Assembly (NCBI GenBank): GCA_965199695.1
Contig: OZ241372.1
Span: 3,729,782 to 3,793,781, forward strand
DNA length: 64,000 bases
Reading direction: 5' to 3'
Source: Anaerolineae bacterium
GTDB taxonomy: Bacteria; Chloroflexota; Anaerolineae; 4572-78
How positions within the stretch are numbered: position 1 is the first letter of the stretch; each line of letters opens with the position of its first letter. Shown piece by piece: positions 19,673-29,590 of this stretch. The notes under the pieces were generated by a model. The model saw only the letters and a program-made list of their open reading frames with translations, did not search any database and was not told the origin of the DNA. The translations under genes and the position numbers were made by a program.

Positions 19673-21157
19673 ATGTTCACTAAACAAACTTCTCAATTAA
19701 ACCAAGCCCTCACCCTCACTTTTACCCTCCTCCTCCTCATCCTCTGGTTCTGGCTCTATTGGCCAGTCTTCAATTACCTGAACCTCATCTTTTCCCAAGA
19801 AGATTTTCGGACCAATCAGCTACTCCTGATTGGGGTGGGGGGTCTTTTGGTGTGGCAAATTCAGCAGGGATATTTTCGCTGGCTGGGTGATATCAGACCA
19901 CAATGGTATCCTGTAGCCCTGAGCATGGCTTTAGGCGGCTCAGTATTATATCTAATCGTCGAACGCTATCTGGCAATTAACACCCTCTCAGCCAGCTTGT
20001 TTGCTCTAGCCAGCTATGGCTTGTTGGGGCTATGGATGCAGCCCCAAGCTTGGCGACAAGGTTTACCCGCCGCGCTCTTGCTGGTCGGCACTCTGCCCTT
20101 TGGCGATCACATGCAGACCTTCATTGGCTACCCCCTGCGAATTTTCACTGCCACGCTCATCCGCGATGGCTTAGAAGCGGCAGGTGTGGCTGCGCTCGGG
20201 GTTGATACGATTTTAATTTTTGAAAATGGGGTCTCTCAGGTAGATATGCCTTGTAGTGGAGTCAAAAGCTTATGGACAGGTATGCTCTTTCTACTCGCGG
20301 CGACATGGCTTGAACGGCGACCGATTAACCTTACTTGGGGAGGCATCGCTATTCTATTTGCGGGGCTGCTCTTTCTGGTCAATATCATGCGAGTTGGACT
20401 CTTAATCATTCTTGGCCCGGTGGCTGGGTGGCCTGTATTATCGGAGATGATGCATGTTCCTTTGGGCGTGTTGGGATTTGGGGGAGCTTGTGCTGGGGCC
20501 TTGGGGTTGTTGCGCTGGCGGCGTTCAGGGGATGAGGGTGAATTGATCCAGAAATCAACCCATCCCGCTTGGCTCGCTCCCATCCTCGCCCTCATCATCT
20601 TTACCTTTGCCTTAATCTACACGCCTCGTCCACATCCTGGCCTCACCCAGGCTCCGCCAATCTGGCACTTCCCGCCCCGGCTCACCATCAACCCCATGCC
20701 CCTCAAACCCGACGAGCGAGCCTGGCTCACCCGCGACGGAGCCGAATCAGCCACCCGCTTTCGCTTTGCTTGGCGAGACTTGACAGGCTCCCTGATCCTG
20801 ATCATCAGCAACACTTGGCGTGGGCATCATCGACCTGAACGGTGCTTTGAAGTTTATGGCCTCAACCTCAACGATTCACGGGCCTATCTCGTTCGCCCTG
20901 ATTTTCCCTTGCGCTTTGTATCTCTGGCTGGCCAAGATGGCCCCACCCTTTCCGCCAGCTATTGGTTCCAATCGGCCACCCAGACCACCGACGACTACGC
21001 TACCCGCATCTGGGCCGATCTGCCCCCGCATCGCCAACGCTGGATACTGGTCTCGATCTTGTTTGATGATGCCTACGCCCCTCAGGCGGATAATGTGCAA
21101 GCATTTTATGAAATGTTACATGAAGTTGTTCAGCAGATGGTGGCGCGGGGAACGTAA
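19673..21157 (+). CDS. exosortase family transpeptidase fused to a C-terminal EpsI-like domain
   Basis: Eight or so TM helices. Exosortase motifs VDMPCSGVKSLW (Cys), NIMRVGLL (Arg) and HVPLGVLGF (His). The C-terminal ~200 aa carry WRGHHRPERCFEVYG, resembling EpsI (exosortase-associated, H.PE.C..G.GW). Confidence 0.8.
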   Translation: MFTKQTSQLNQALTLTFTLLLLILWFWLYWPVFNYLNLIFSQEDFRTNQLLLIGVGGLLVWQIQQGYFRWLGDIRPQWYPVALSMALGGSVLYLIVERYLAINTLSASLFALASYGLLGLWMQPQAWRQGLPAALLLVGTLPFGDHMQTFIGYPLRIFTATLIRDGLEAAGVAALGVDTILIFENGVSQVDMPCSGVKSLWTGMLFLLAATWLERRPINLTWGGIAILFAGLLFLVNIMRVGLLIILGPVAGWPVLSEMMHVPLGVLGFGGACAGALGLLRWRRSGDEGELIQKSTHPAWLAPILALIIFTFALIYTPRPHPGLTQAPPIWHFPPRLTINPMPLKPDERAWLTRDGAESATRFRFAWRDLTGSLILIISNTWRGHHRPERCFEVYGLNLNDSRAYLVRPDFPLRFVSLAGQDGPTLSASYWFQSATQTTDDYATRIWADLPPHRQRWILVSILFDDAYAPQADNVQAFYEMLHEVVQQMVARGT

Positions 21158-21214
21158 TGTCTGGTTCGTGTTTCATCGTTGTTACCGTCTATAGTTAAGG
21201 AGATATATAACCTC

Positions 21215-24199
21215 ATGAAAAAAATGTTTATGACCCTTGTCCGCAAATTTTTTAGCCATCAAGGCTGGGCTTACTTCTTGTTTTGGGCTTGGAACCTCAT
21301 CTTCCTCGCTTTTATGTTTTTGGGCTTTGCCCCGCTGGTATTGCTAACCTTGCTTGAGGCGGTACAAGCAGGCGAACTACCGCCTAATTTTTTAGTCTAC
21401 GCCGCGCTCTTAACTGCCATCCCTGCGATCACGATTCTGCTGGGGTTCTTTCGTTTACGTCGAGAACCAAGCCATTTATTTGCGCTGGGTTATGGAGTCG
21501 AAGGCCCATTGATGCTTCTCATCGCCCTTCGCCTTTTTGCCGTCCGTGCGCTGACAGCAGCGGTAGCCTTTTTGTTTATTATTGCAGGCTTGGGCATCAT
21601 GACCTATCTCTGGAATTTGCTTGACCGTCAGATTGACCGCCGGGGTTTGCTACTGACCTATCTGCGAAGCATTGGCCTCACCCTGAATTTCTTAATTGGT
21701 TTATACGCGAGCCTATGGATTGCCTTTTACGCCTTTCCTTTGGGGATGATGGGCATCAATTTCTTTATGAACGAATTCTTGGTCAATTTAGGTCAAATTT
21801 TAGATAATCTCTGGTCAGCTTTGCTCGCCTTTGATTGGGCTGAGGTATTCACAATTTCTGGGCGTGATCTTCTCCTCTTACCTTTCTTCATTCTTTGGCC
21901 GATCTTGATAATGTTCTCCGCCACCTTGTTTGTCTTCATGCCGATTGCCATTGCCATCCTCTACACCCGGTCTTGGTGGGATGGACTGAGCAATTTGATT
22001 CGTCGCTATGGTTGGTCTCAGGCGCTGCCCTTAACAAGCTTCGTGATGGCCGTTTGCATTATCTTTTTCATTGATACCAATCGCCAACCGCAGCATCATG
22101 CTTTTGCCCTGCTCGAAAATCCGCCTAACTCGCCTGCTGAAGCGCAAGCCCTGCTTGAGCAACAAAAGGCCATTCGAGAAGGTCTGCTCAATTCGTATCT
22201 AGCCCCCTTACGCTACTTCAGCGCGGTCGGCGAAGTCTATCATGTGCGTGAAATGTATGAACGGAGTCTGGGTCTAAGGCCCCAACAAGCGGCTGAAATT
22301 CAACGCCTCTATGATACCCTGGCCCGACCCGTTCTTTATGAACCCATTGAACCCGTTGCATACGTTAATTCATTAGACAGAAATCGTTGGGATAATCGAG
22401 CCTTCAACGAAGACTCCCTGCAAGCCGCTGAACGCTATGAAACCTTTTTCGATCAAGATATTCTCGACGGTGAGCGCGAGGCGATTGTGCAAGCTGCCCT
22501 GTCTACCTGGTCAATTGATCAAGCGAGGCAAGCGAGGCAAGCGGTTGATGACCGCGAGGTCTATTTACGACAACAGGAAATTAACATCAAAGAACATGGT
22601 GATTGGGCTGAGGTTGAGTTATATGAGGCATATCAAAATAAAACGACCCAAGGTCAGGAGGTGGTTTACTATTTCAGTCTGCCCGAATCCGCCGTCATCA
22701 CCGGTGTATGGCTGGGCAATAGTCCCAATCGAGAGAAGCAGTTCGTTTATCGTATCGCGCCGCGAGGGGCCGCGCAAGCTGCCTATCGCAACGAAGTACG
22801 CCGTCAGGTAGACCCGGCCTTAGTCGAACAAATTGGGCCGCGTCAATATCGCCTGCGCGTCTTTCCGATTGAACCGCGAAATTTTTCTTGGGACCCTGAA
22901 GCAGACCACTATACCTTGCAAGAAGGGCCGTCCCTACATCTATGGCTGACGTGGCAGGTCTTGGCTCATAATCAAGCTTGGCCCATGCCCCAGTTGGCTG
23001 AACATCTCAATGTCTATTGGGACGATGACAGCATCCGTCTGGTGAATGGTCAAGCCATGCAAATAGATGAAGAAACATGGCTCCCCGAAGCTGTGCCTGC
23101 AATCTCACCTGTGACTCCAGTCACCCATCGCCTCCAGTTTCCGAGTGATGAAATCGTGATCATTCAGCCCCTCGCCACAGAAGACCAACCAGAACCACCC
23201 TCAGCTATCCGTCTCGCCCTCGTCTTAGACCGTTCTCGTAGCATGATTGATCAGGCTGAGGCGGTCAAAACTGCCTTGATGAGGCTCTCCCGTCTAACCG
23301 AGGCAGCGATTGATGTTTATCTGACCGCCTCACAATATCGAGGGGAAGAGCCGAGCCTTGTTTCGTTAAGCGATATCGACCCCGACCAAATCCTCTATTA
23401 CGGGGGGCAAAACGCGGTTGAATTATTGAGCCAATTCAACGCCCTGCACACAGATCAAGTGTATGAGGCTATTTTTGTCCTGACTGATGGCACAGGCTAT
23501 AAATTGGGCGAAGGGGATATCGACCTGCCCCCTTCTAACATACCAATTTGGATGATCCATCTAGGCGGAGATTTCCCCTTGGGCTACGATGACCCAACTT
23601 TAGAAGTCATTCAAGCCAGCGGTGGTGGCGTGGTCGGCGATGTGGAAACCGCCCTGACTCGCCTAGCCATTAGCCTGAACAGAGATCTGGCATCATTTAC
23701 CAATTTGCCGCTCACCTTGGCCGACGATGTGGCGGCAGACATCATTGATGGCTATCTCTGGCTAACGTTACCTGCCACTCAAGCTGAGGCGGTCACTGAA
23801 CTTGACCCGCCGACAGAAGCCCCGCTTGATGTCTTTGCCGCTTTCGCTGCTCGCCGTCTCATCTTGGCGGAGATGGCGCGTCAGCGGGGAAACTTAACCG
23901 ACTTAGCCATCCTCGACCACCTGCATGCGCTCGCCATCAAGTATAGCCTTGTTACGCCCTACTCCGCCATGATCGTCTTAATTAATGAAAGACAGCAAAA
24001 AATGTTGGACGAACTGGAAAAACGAGCTGATCGCTTTGACCGCGAGTATGAAGAAATCGGCGAAACAGAAGCCGAAAACCCCTTCACAGTGACAGGTGTA
24101 CCAGAACCCGAAGAATGGTTGTTGCTGGGTTTGGTCATGATAATGTTGGGGGGGTATATTTATACGAGGCGACAGCAGAAGCAGTCAAATGCAACATAG
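21215..24199 (+). CDS. PEP-CTERM protein with polytopic N-terminal membrane domain, VIT-like and vWA domains
   Basis: C-terminus VTGVPEPEEW-LLLGLVMIMLGGYIY-TRRQQK (PEP + TM + basic tail) at nt 24098-24196. vWA MIDAS LVLDRSRSM and FVLTDGTGY. VIT-like segment VVYYFSLPESAVITGVWL. About 8 TM helices in the first 290 aa. AAGGAGA precedes ATG 21215. Confidence 0.75.
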   Translation: MKKMFMTLVRKFFSHQGWAYFLFWAWNLIFLAFMFLGFAPLVLLTLLEAVQAGELPPNFLVYAALLTAIPAITILLGFFRLRREPSHLFALGYGVEGPLMLLIALRLFAVRALTAAVAFLFIIAGLGIMTYLWNLLDRQIDRRGLLLTYLRSIGLTLNFLIGLYASLWIAFYAFPLGMMGINFFMNEFLVNLGQILDNLWSALLAFDWAEVFTISGRDLLLLPFFILWPILIMFSATLFVFMPIAIAILYTRSWWDGLSNLIRRYGWSQALPLTSFVMAVCIIFFIDTNRQPQHHAFALLENPPNSPAEAQALLEQQKAIREGLLNSYLAPLRYFSAVGEVYHVREMYERSLGLRPQQAAEIQRLYDTLARPVLYEPIEPVAYVNSLDRNRWDNRAFNEDSLQAAERYETFFDQDILDGEREAIVQAALSTWSIDQARQARQAVDDREVYLRQQEINIKEHGDWAEVELYEAYQNKTTQGQEVVYYFSLPESAVITGVWLGNSPNREKQFVYRIAPRGAAQAAYRNEVRRQVDPALVEQIGPRQYRLRVFPIEPRNFSWDPEADHYTLQEGPSLHLWLTWQVLAHNQAWPMPQLAEHLNVYWDDDSIRLVNGQAMQIDEETWLPEAVPAISPVTPVTHRLQFPSDEIVIIQPLATEDQPEPPSAIRLALVLDRSRSMIDQAEAVKTALMRLSRLTEAAIDVYLTASQYRGEEPSLVSLSDIDPDQILYYGGQNAVELLSQFNALHTDQVYEAIFVLTDGTGYKLGEGDIDLPPSNIPIWMIHLGGDFPLGYDDPTLEVIQASGGGVVGDVETALTRLAISLNRDLASFTNLPLTLADDVAADIIDGYLWLTLPATQAEAVTELDPPTEAPLDVFAAFAARRLILAEMARQRGNLTDLAILDHLHALAIKYSLVTPYSAMIVLINERQQKMLDELEKRADRFDREYEEIGETEAENPFTVTGVPEPEEWLLLGLVMIMLGGYIYTRRQQKQSNAT

Positions 24200-24442
24200 G
24201 AAAGGCAAATATCATTGAGATGAAAAAACGACTGACCCTACGCCGTCCTGATGATTGGCCTGTTCATTTCAGAGATGGGGACCTGATGCAAAGAGGCGTT
24301 CCAAACAAAAAAACCAAAACCGTCGTTTAAGCACTTGGGTCAAAGGCAAGATGACCGAGGCTCTTCAAACGGTATCTCGGCGTAGAGGTTCTACAAGAAA
24401 TCTATTAATCCGTGTTTTCTATAATTCGTGTGAAAGGTTTTT

Positions 24443-24838
24443 ATGAATCGTACCTCAATTAGTAGCGGAACAACTTGGGAAGCACTCGCCAGCTATGCGC
24501 GGGCCGTGCGGGTCGACCAACGCATTTTGGTTTCGGGCACGACTGCGACTGGGCCAGATGGCTTGGTTGGTGGCGATGATCCTGCGGCGCAAACGCAGTT
24601 TATTTTGGATAAAATTGAAGCGGCGATTAAGGAATTGGGTGGCTCTTTAGGCGATGTGATCCGCACCCGAATCTACCTGCGAAATGTGGCCGATTGGGAA
24701 CCCGTCGCTCGTGTGCATGGTGAACGTTTTGCTGGCATCTGTCCAGCCAATACCTTGGTCGAGGCAAAATTGGTTGGAGACGAATATCTGGTAGAAATCG
24801 AGGCTGAGGCCATCATTGGAGCAGGCAATGCGCTTTAG
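24443..24838 (+). CDS. RidA/YjgF family protein
   Basis: Typical RidA length and motifs (..ILVSGTTA...GD..AQT.....I.A...LGGSL.DVIRTRIYL...). Confidence 0.85.
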   Translation: MNRTSISSGTTWEALASYARAVRVDQRILVSGTTATGPDGLVGGDDPAAQTQFILDKIEAAIKELGGSLGDVIRTRIYLRNVADWEPVARVHGERFAGICPANTLVEAKLVGDEYLVEIEAEAIIGAGNAL

Positions 24839-25841
24839 CTTACGACTAAACAATGATCTGCCAGTATCTACCTACATCCGACTAGCCAAAATAGCCGAGC
24901 AGGTTGGCTTTGATCAAGTTTGGATTAGCAATGATCTGTTTTTACGCAGTGCCGCCGTTATTCTAGCTGCTGTCGCTCTCGAAACAGAGCGTATCGAAAT
25001 TGGCTCGTGTATCTTTAATCCCTACACCATCAACCCCAGTGAAATCGCCATGTTTTCGGCCACCATGGATGAGTTATCTGGTAATCGTTTCAATTTGGGT
25101 CTCTCAGCCGGGGCAGGAGACTTTTTAAGCTGGGTCGGGTTAGCGCAGAAACACTCGTTGACGGCGGTGTGTGAAACGATTACCGCAATTCGGTCTCTAT
25201 TAGCAGGTCAACGTACGCCGACATCAGGACAATTCTTACAATGGAACGACGAGGCCTATCTCCGTTTTGATGCCCCGCGCATAACGCCCATCTATGTGGG
25301 GGCCCTAGGGCCGAACATGCTACAACTCGCCGGAGAAATGGCCGATGGTGTACTTCCTTTACTTTTCCCGCCCGAGCATTATTTCGGGGTCAAACCTTTA
25401 TTAGAACGTGGGATAGCCAATCGTGCTCAACACTTGCCAGACCTTGATTTTGCGGCTTGCATCTGGGTTTCATTGGCCGAAGATGCCTCAGAAGCGAGAC
25501 GGGTTCTGGCTGAAAAAGTGGCTTATTATGGCTACGCCTTAAGTCCGCTCATTCTTGAACGGCTTGGTCTTGTCCGCGCCGATTTTGATGCTATTCGTCA
25601 CGCAGTCGTTGGTGAAAATGATTTGGCGAAAGCCTGTAAGCTTGTTGATGATCGCATGTTAAAAATTGGGGTGATGGGCCGTTCTCATGATTTGATTAAG
25701 TGCTTGGAGCCGCTGGTTGAAGCCGGCGCAAGCCATTTGAGTTTTGGGCCCCCCCTTGGTCCAAATCTGGAAAAGGCAGTCAGCTTGTTGGGCGATGTGA
25801 TTAAGTATTTCGGTGGGGGTAACATCGTGACTGATGTATAA
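24828..25841 (+). CDS. LLM-class flavin/F420-dependent oxidoreductase
   Basis: Luciferase-like monooxygenase N-terminus MRFSLRLNN...VGFDQVWISNDLF and TIM-barrel pattern. Confidence 0.8.
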   Translation: MRFSLRLNNDLPVSTYIRLAKIAEQVGFDQVWISNDLFLRSAAVILAAVALETERIEIGSCIFNPYTINPSEIAMFSATMDELSGNRFNLGLSAGAGDFLSWVGLAQKHSLTAVCETITAIRSLLAGQRTPTSGQFLQWNDEAYLRFDAPRITPIYVGALGPNMLQLAGEMADGVLPLLFPPEHYFGVKPLLERGIANRAQHLPDLDFAACIWVSLAEDASEARRVLAEKVAYYGYALSPLILERLGLVRADFDAIRHAVVGENDLAKACKLVDDRMLKIGVMGRSHDLIKCLEPLVEAGASHLSFGPPLGPNLEKAVSLLGDVIKYFGGGNIVTDV

Positions 25842-25961
25842 CCAACTTAAGTTTGTCATATAGGTTGCGATAGCATATACTGGATGAAAAGACTGCATCA
25901 AACCCTAAATCTCAGTTGTAAAATTTTAAATTCATCCAAAAAGAAAAGGAGAAAAATTATC

Positions 25962-27602
25962 ATGACAGTGAAACGATCCATATTTCTCATGAGTTTGATT
26001 GCCGCAATATCCTTACTCATCTCGGCCTGTGCGACAGTCCCTGCGCCTGACACCGCTGGGGAGACAAGGGATGCAGCGATGGTGTCTGAGGCCGATGATA
26101 GCCTGGATAGCCCGCTAATTATCGCCATTTCGGAAGATACAGCCTCACTCGACCCAGCCCGTTCATTTGAAACCTTGCCTTCTATCGTCCACAAAGCAAC
26201 CTACCAAACCCTCGTCACTTTCCCGCCCAATAGCGTGGAACAGATTATCCCTTCCTTAGCCGCCTCTTGGGATATTTCTGAAGATGGGACTGTCTACACC
26301 TTCTCGCTTGACCCAGACGCAGTTTTCTCCAACGAAGATCCTGTCATGGCTGGTGATGTGGTTTTTTCATTCAAGCGTCTCAAAAATATTACGGGGAACC
26401 CCTCATTTTTAGCTGAGACAGTTGCCTCTATAGAAGCCGCCGATGACAGCACAGTGGTCGTCACCTTAACCCAGCCTGATCCCGCAATTTTAGCCAAAAT
26501 GGTTTTTGGAGCCTTTAGTATTGTTAACCGGTCAGAAGTAGAGGCAAACGGTGGCTCTGCTGCTGAAGATGCTGCCACGGCGGATACAGCCGAAAGCTGG
26601 CTCAACAGCAATTCAGCCGGCAGTGGCCCCTATATACTGGAGAAATGGGAACCAGAAGTAGAAACCGTTCTGGTGCGTAATCCCAACTATTGGGGCGACT
26701 CAGGAAAAATTGAGCGGATCATTTTTCGCAATATTCCCGAAGCTGCTACCCAGAAAATCCAGCTAGAAGCGGGTGATATTGACATTGCTTTTGATCTCAG
26801 TGCCGACCAAGTTCCATCCTTACAGGGCAACCCCAATGTGACCGTGTTCGAGGGCTTGAGTGATACCCTCGTCTTCCTCAAAGGCAATCAGGATAAAAGC
26901 ATCGGCGGCGCGATGAGTAACCCAACTGTGCTTCAAGCGGTCCGATACGCGCTTGACTATGAAGGCATTCGCCTTCTGGCCGGGGGACAGGCAGTGACCC
27001 CACCATCAATGTTACCCGTTGGTTTCTTAGGAGCTTATGGGTCGGATAAAGCCTTCACCCGCGATATTGATAAAGCCAAAGAATTGTTGGCTGAGGCAGG
27101 GTACGCTGATGGCCTCGATATTGATTTAGCCTATCCAGATTTTACCTTCGCCGGGATCAATTTTGGCACCTTTGCCCAAAAAGTGCAGGCCGATATGAAT
27201 GAAGCGGGCTTTAATGTCACGCTTCAACCGGGCGATGTTCAAGTTGCCCTAGAAGCCTATCGTCAAGGTACTGAACCATTTGGCCTTTGGCTCTGGCTGC
27301 CGGACTATCGTGACTCGTTGGACTATGTTGAATTTCTACCGAGCGGTGTCGTCGGCAATCGTCTCAATTGGCACGATGAAAACGCTGAGGCGGCTATTCT
27401 GGAAATTCGAGATGCGGCCAAAACAGAAACCGATGATGATGTTCGGGCCGGCTTGTTCGAGCAAATGCAAGACTACTTACAAGAGAGCGGCCCTTATGCG
27501 CCTATTCTACAGCCAGGTTTGCAAATTGGCTTGAATAGTCGTATCGAAGGCTTTGTTTATAATCCGCAATGGCGCGTTGATGTATCTTTAATTAGCAAGT
27601 AA
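25962..27602 (+). CDS. ABC transporter substrate-binding lipoprotein, family 5 (peptide/nickel)
   Basis: Lipoprotein signal MTVKRSIFLMSLIAAISLLISAC and SBP family 5 architecture. AAGGAG precedes ATG 25962. Confidence 0.85.
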   Translation: MTVKRSIFLMSLIAAISLLISACATVPAPDTAGETRDAAMVSEADDSLDSPLIIAISEDTASLDPARSFETLPSIVHKATYQTLVTFPPNSVEQIIPSLAASWDISEDGTVYTFSLDPDAVFSNEDPVMAGDVVFSFKRLKNITGNPSFLAETVASIEAADDSTVVVTLTQPDPAILAKMVFGAFSIVNRSEVEANGGSAAEDAATADTAESWLNSNSAGSGPYILEKWEPEVETVLVRNPNYWGDSGKIERIIFRNIPEAATQKIQLEAGDIDIAFDLSADQVPSLQGNPNVTVFEGLSDTLVFLKGNQDKSIGGAMSNPTVLQAVRYALDYEGIRLLAGGQAVTPPSMLPVGFLGAYGSDKAFTRDIDKAKELLAEAGYADGLDIDLAYPDFTFAGINFGTFAQKVQADMNEAGFNVTLQPGDVQVALEAYRQGTEPFGLWLWLPDYRDSLDYVEFLPSGVVGNRLNWHDENAEAAILEIRDAAKTETDDDVRAGLFEQMQDYLQESGPYAPILQPGLQIGLNSRIEGFVYNPQWRVDVSLISK

Positions 27603-27608
27603 GAGACG

Positions 27609-28628
27609 ATGCCGCTCTATCAGTATATTTTACGTCGCTTAAGCTTGACGATCCCCCTCCTGATTGGGGTGACGCTGATCGCTTTCACGATTTCACAAGC
27701 CGTGCCAGCCGACCCGATCACGGCCAATCTGGGTCAAAAGGCCATGTCTGATCCAAAAATTGTCGCGGCTTTTCGGGCAGAATGGGGTTTAGACAAACCG
27801 GTTTACGAGCAATATCTGGTCTATATCGGCAACTTACTCCAGGGGAATCTTGGTCAGTCGATTAAAAGCCGCCGTCTGGTAGCAGAGGATTTGCGAGCCT
27901 TTCTACCCGCAACCATTGAGTTAGCGACCGCCTCGATTATCTTCGGAGTGGTCGTTGGCCTCAGTTTTGGCTTACTCTCAGCGATGTGGCGCAATAGCTG
28001 GTTGGACCAGGTGGTGCGGATTATGTCGCTCTTGGGGGTTAGTATCCCCGTCTTTTGGCTGGCGTTGTTGGCCCTTTTTGTGCTATACGCCCGTTTGGGT
28101 TGGTTTCCAGGCCCAGGGCGAATTGATGTGGGGCTGACAACGCCCGCTCCCATTACCGGTCTCTTGACCATCGATGCCCTCTTACGCGGCGATTGGGCGA
28201 CCTTCCAAAACGTTCTCGCTCATTTGCTACTGCCCGCCTTCGTTTTAGGTAGCTATACCACGGGCTTGATTACCCGTGTCACCCGTTCAGCCATGTTAGA
28301 TGTTCTGGGTGAAGATTATATTCGTACCGCCAGAGGCAAGGGCTTATCCTCACAGGCCATTACCATCCGCCATGCTTTGCCTAACGCCGCCCTGCCGGTC
28401 ATTACAGTAATTGGTTTTTCGTATGGCAATCTGTTGGCGGGCACAGTGCTGACTGAAAGCATCTTCGCTTGGCCTGGGATCGGTCAATATGCCTATCGCG
28501 CCTCAACCTCGCTCGACTTTCCAGCGATCATGGGGGTGAGCATGGTGATCGCGTTCATCTTTATCCTGACCAATCTCATAGTCGATATCCTCTACTTTAT
28601 CCTTGATCCGCGTTTGAGGGTGGCTTAG
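27609..28628 (+). CDS. ABC transporter permease (DppB/OppB-like)
   Basis: Six TM helices and a BPD_transp_1 EAA-like loop (IRTARGKGL). Confidence 0.9.
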   Translation: MPLYQYILRRLSLTIPLLIGVTLIAFTISQAVPADPITANLGQKAMSDPKIVAAFRAEWGLDKPVYEQYLVYIGNLLQGNLGQSIKSRRLVAEDLRAFLPATIELATASIIFGVVVGLSFGLLSAMWRNSWLDQVVRIMSLLGVSIPVFWLALLALFVLYARLGWFPGPGRIDVGLTTPAPITGLLTIDALLRGDWATFQNVLAHLLLPAFVLGSYTTGLITRVTRSAMLDVLGEDYIRTARGKGLSSQAITIRHALPNAALPVITVIGFSYGNLLAGTVLTESIFAWPGIGQYAYRASTSLDFPAIMGVSMVIAFIFILTNLIVDILYFILDPRLRVA

Positions 28629-28635
28629 ATTACCG

Positions 28636-29511
28636 ATGTCACGACCACTCGCTGTCGGGCGACCACAAAAAGCATGGTTGACCAGCATCAGCCGATTTTT
28701 AGGGCGCAATCCATTGGCCTTATTAGGTATCACAGTCTTTTTAATCTGGGTCTTGGTCAGCATCTTCGCTAGGCAACTGGCTCCTTATGAGCCATTAGAA
28801 CAAAATATTGTTGCTCGCTTACAAGGGCCAAGCGGAACCCATTGGTTTGGCACGGATCAACTGGGACGTGATATCTTTAGCCGAGTTCTATTCGGTGGTC
28901 GGCTATCACTGCCAGCCGGGTTGATGGTCGTCATTCTGGCAGGCATCATCGGCACCATCATCGGGGCCTTGGCTGGGTATATCGGCGGCTGGGTCGATGA
29001 ATTGGTCATGCGTCTAACCGAGATTTTTATGGCTTTTCCGACGATCATTCTAGCCATGGCCATTGCCGCCGCCCTAGGGCCAAGTCTGATCAATGCCATT
29101 ATCGCCATGATTGCGGTTTGGTGGCCGAATTACGCTCGTGTAGTTCGCTCTCTGGTGATTGGGGTAAAATCGCAGGAATACGTTGAAGCTGCCAATGCGC
29201 TTGGCGTTCCCCAAGCACGTATCTTAATCCGCACGGTCTTACCCAATTGTCTGGCTCCAGCCGTCGTTTTGGGGACGATTGATCTCGGCAACGCTATTCT
29301 GGTCTTTGCCGGCCTAAGCTTTCTGGGGTTAGGGCCGGCACCCTCTTCACCAGAGTGGGGGCGTATGGTGGCCGACGGCATTCAATATTTTGATCAATGG
29401 TGGTTGGCAGCCTTCCCTGGCCTCGCTATTTTCACCGTCGTGATGGGCTTTAATTTCATCGGCGATGGTATCCGCGATGCGCTTGACCCACGGTTGAGAA
29501 AGACAATTTAG
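28636..29511 (+). CDS. ABC transporter permease (DppC/OppC-like)
   Basis: Six TM helices and an EAA-like loop (YVEAANALGVP). Confidence 0.9.
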   Translation: MSRPLAVGRPQKAWLTSISRFLGRNPLALLGITVFLIWVLVSIFARQLAPYEPLEQNIVARLQGPSGTHWFGTDQLGRDIFSRVLFGGRLSLPAGLMVVILAGIIGTIIGALAGYIGGWVDELVMRLTEIFMAFPTIILAMAIAAALGPSLINAIIAMIAVWWPNYARVVRSLVIGVKSQEYVEAANALGVPQARILIRTVLPNCLAPAVVLGTIDLGNAILVFAGLSFLGLGPAPSSPEWGRMVADGIQYFDQWWLAAFPGLAIFTVVMGFNFIGDGIRDALDPRLRKTI

Positions 29512-29590
29512 GGCAGTCCAAAAATAAAAGGTCTGAAATTATCCTGACTAGATATCTGGGATACAAATAGCCACCTCACAGGAGAGAGCC

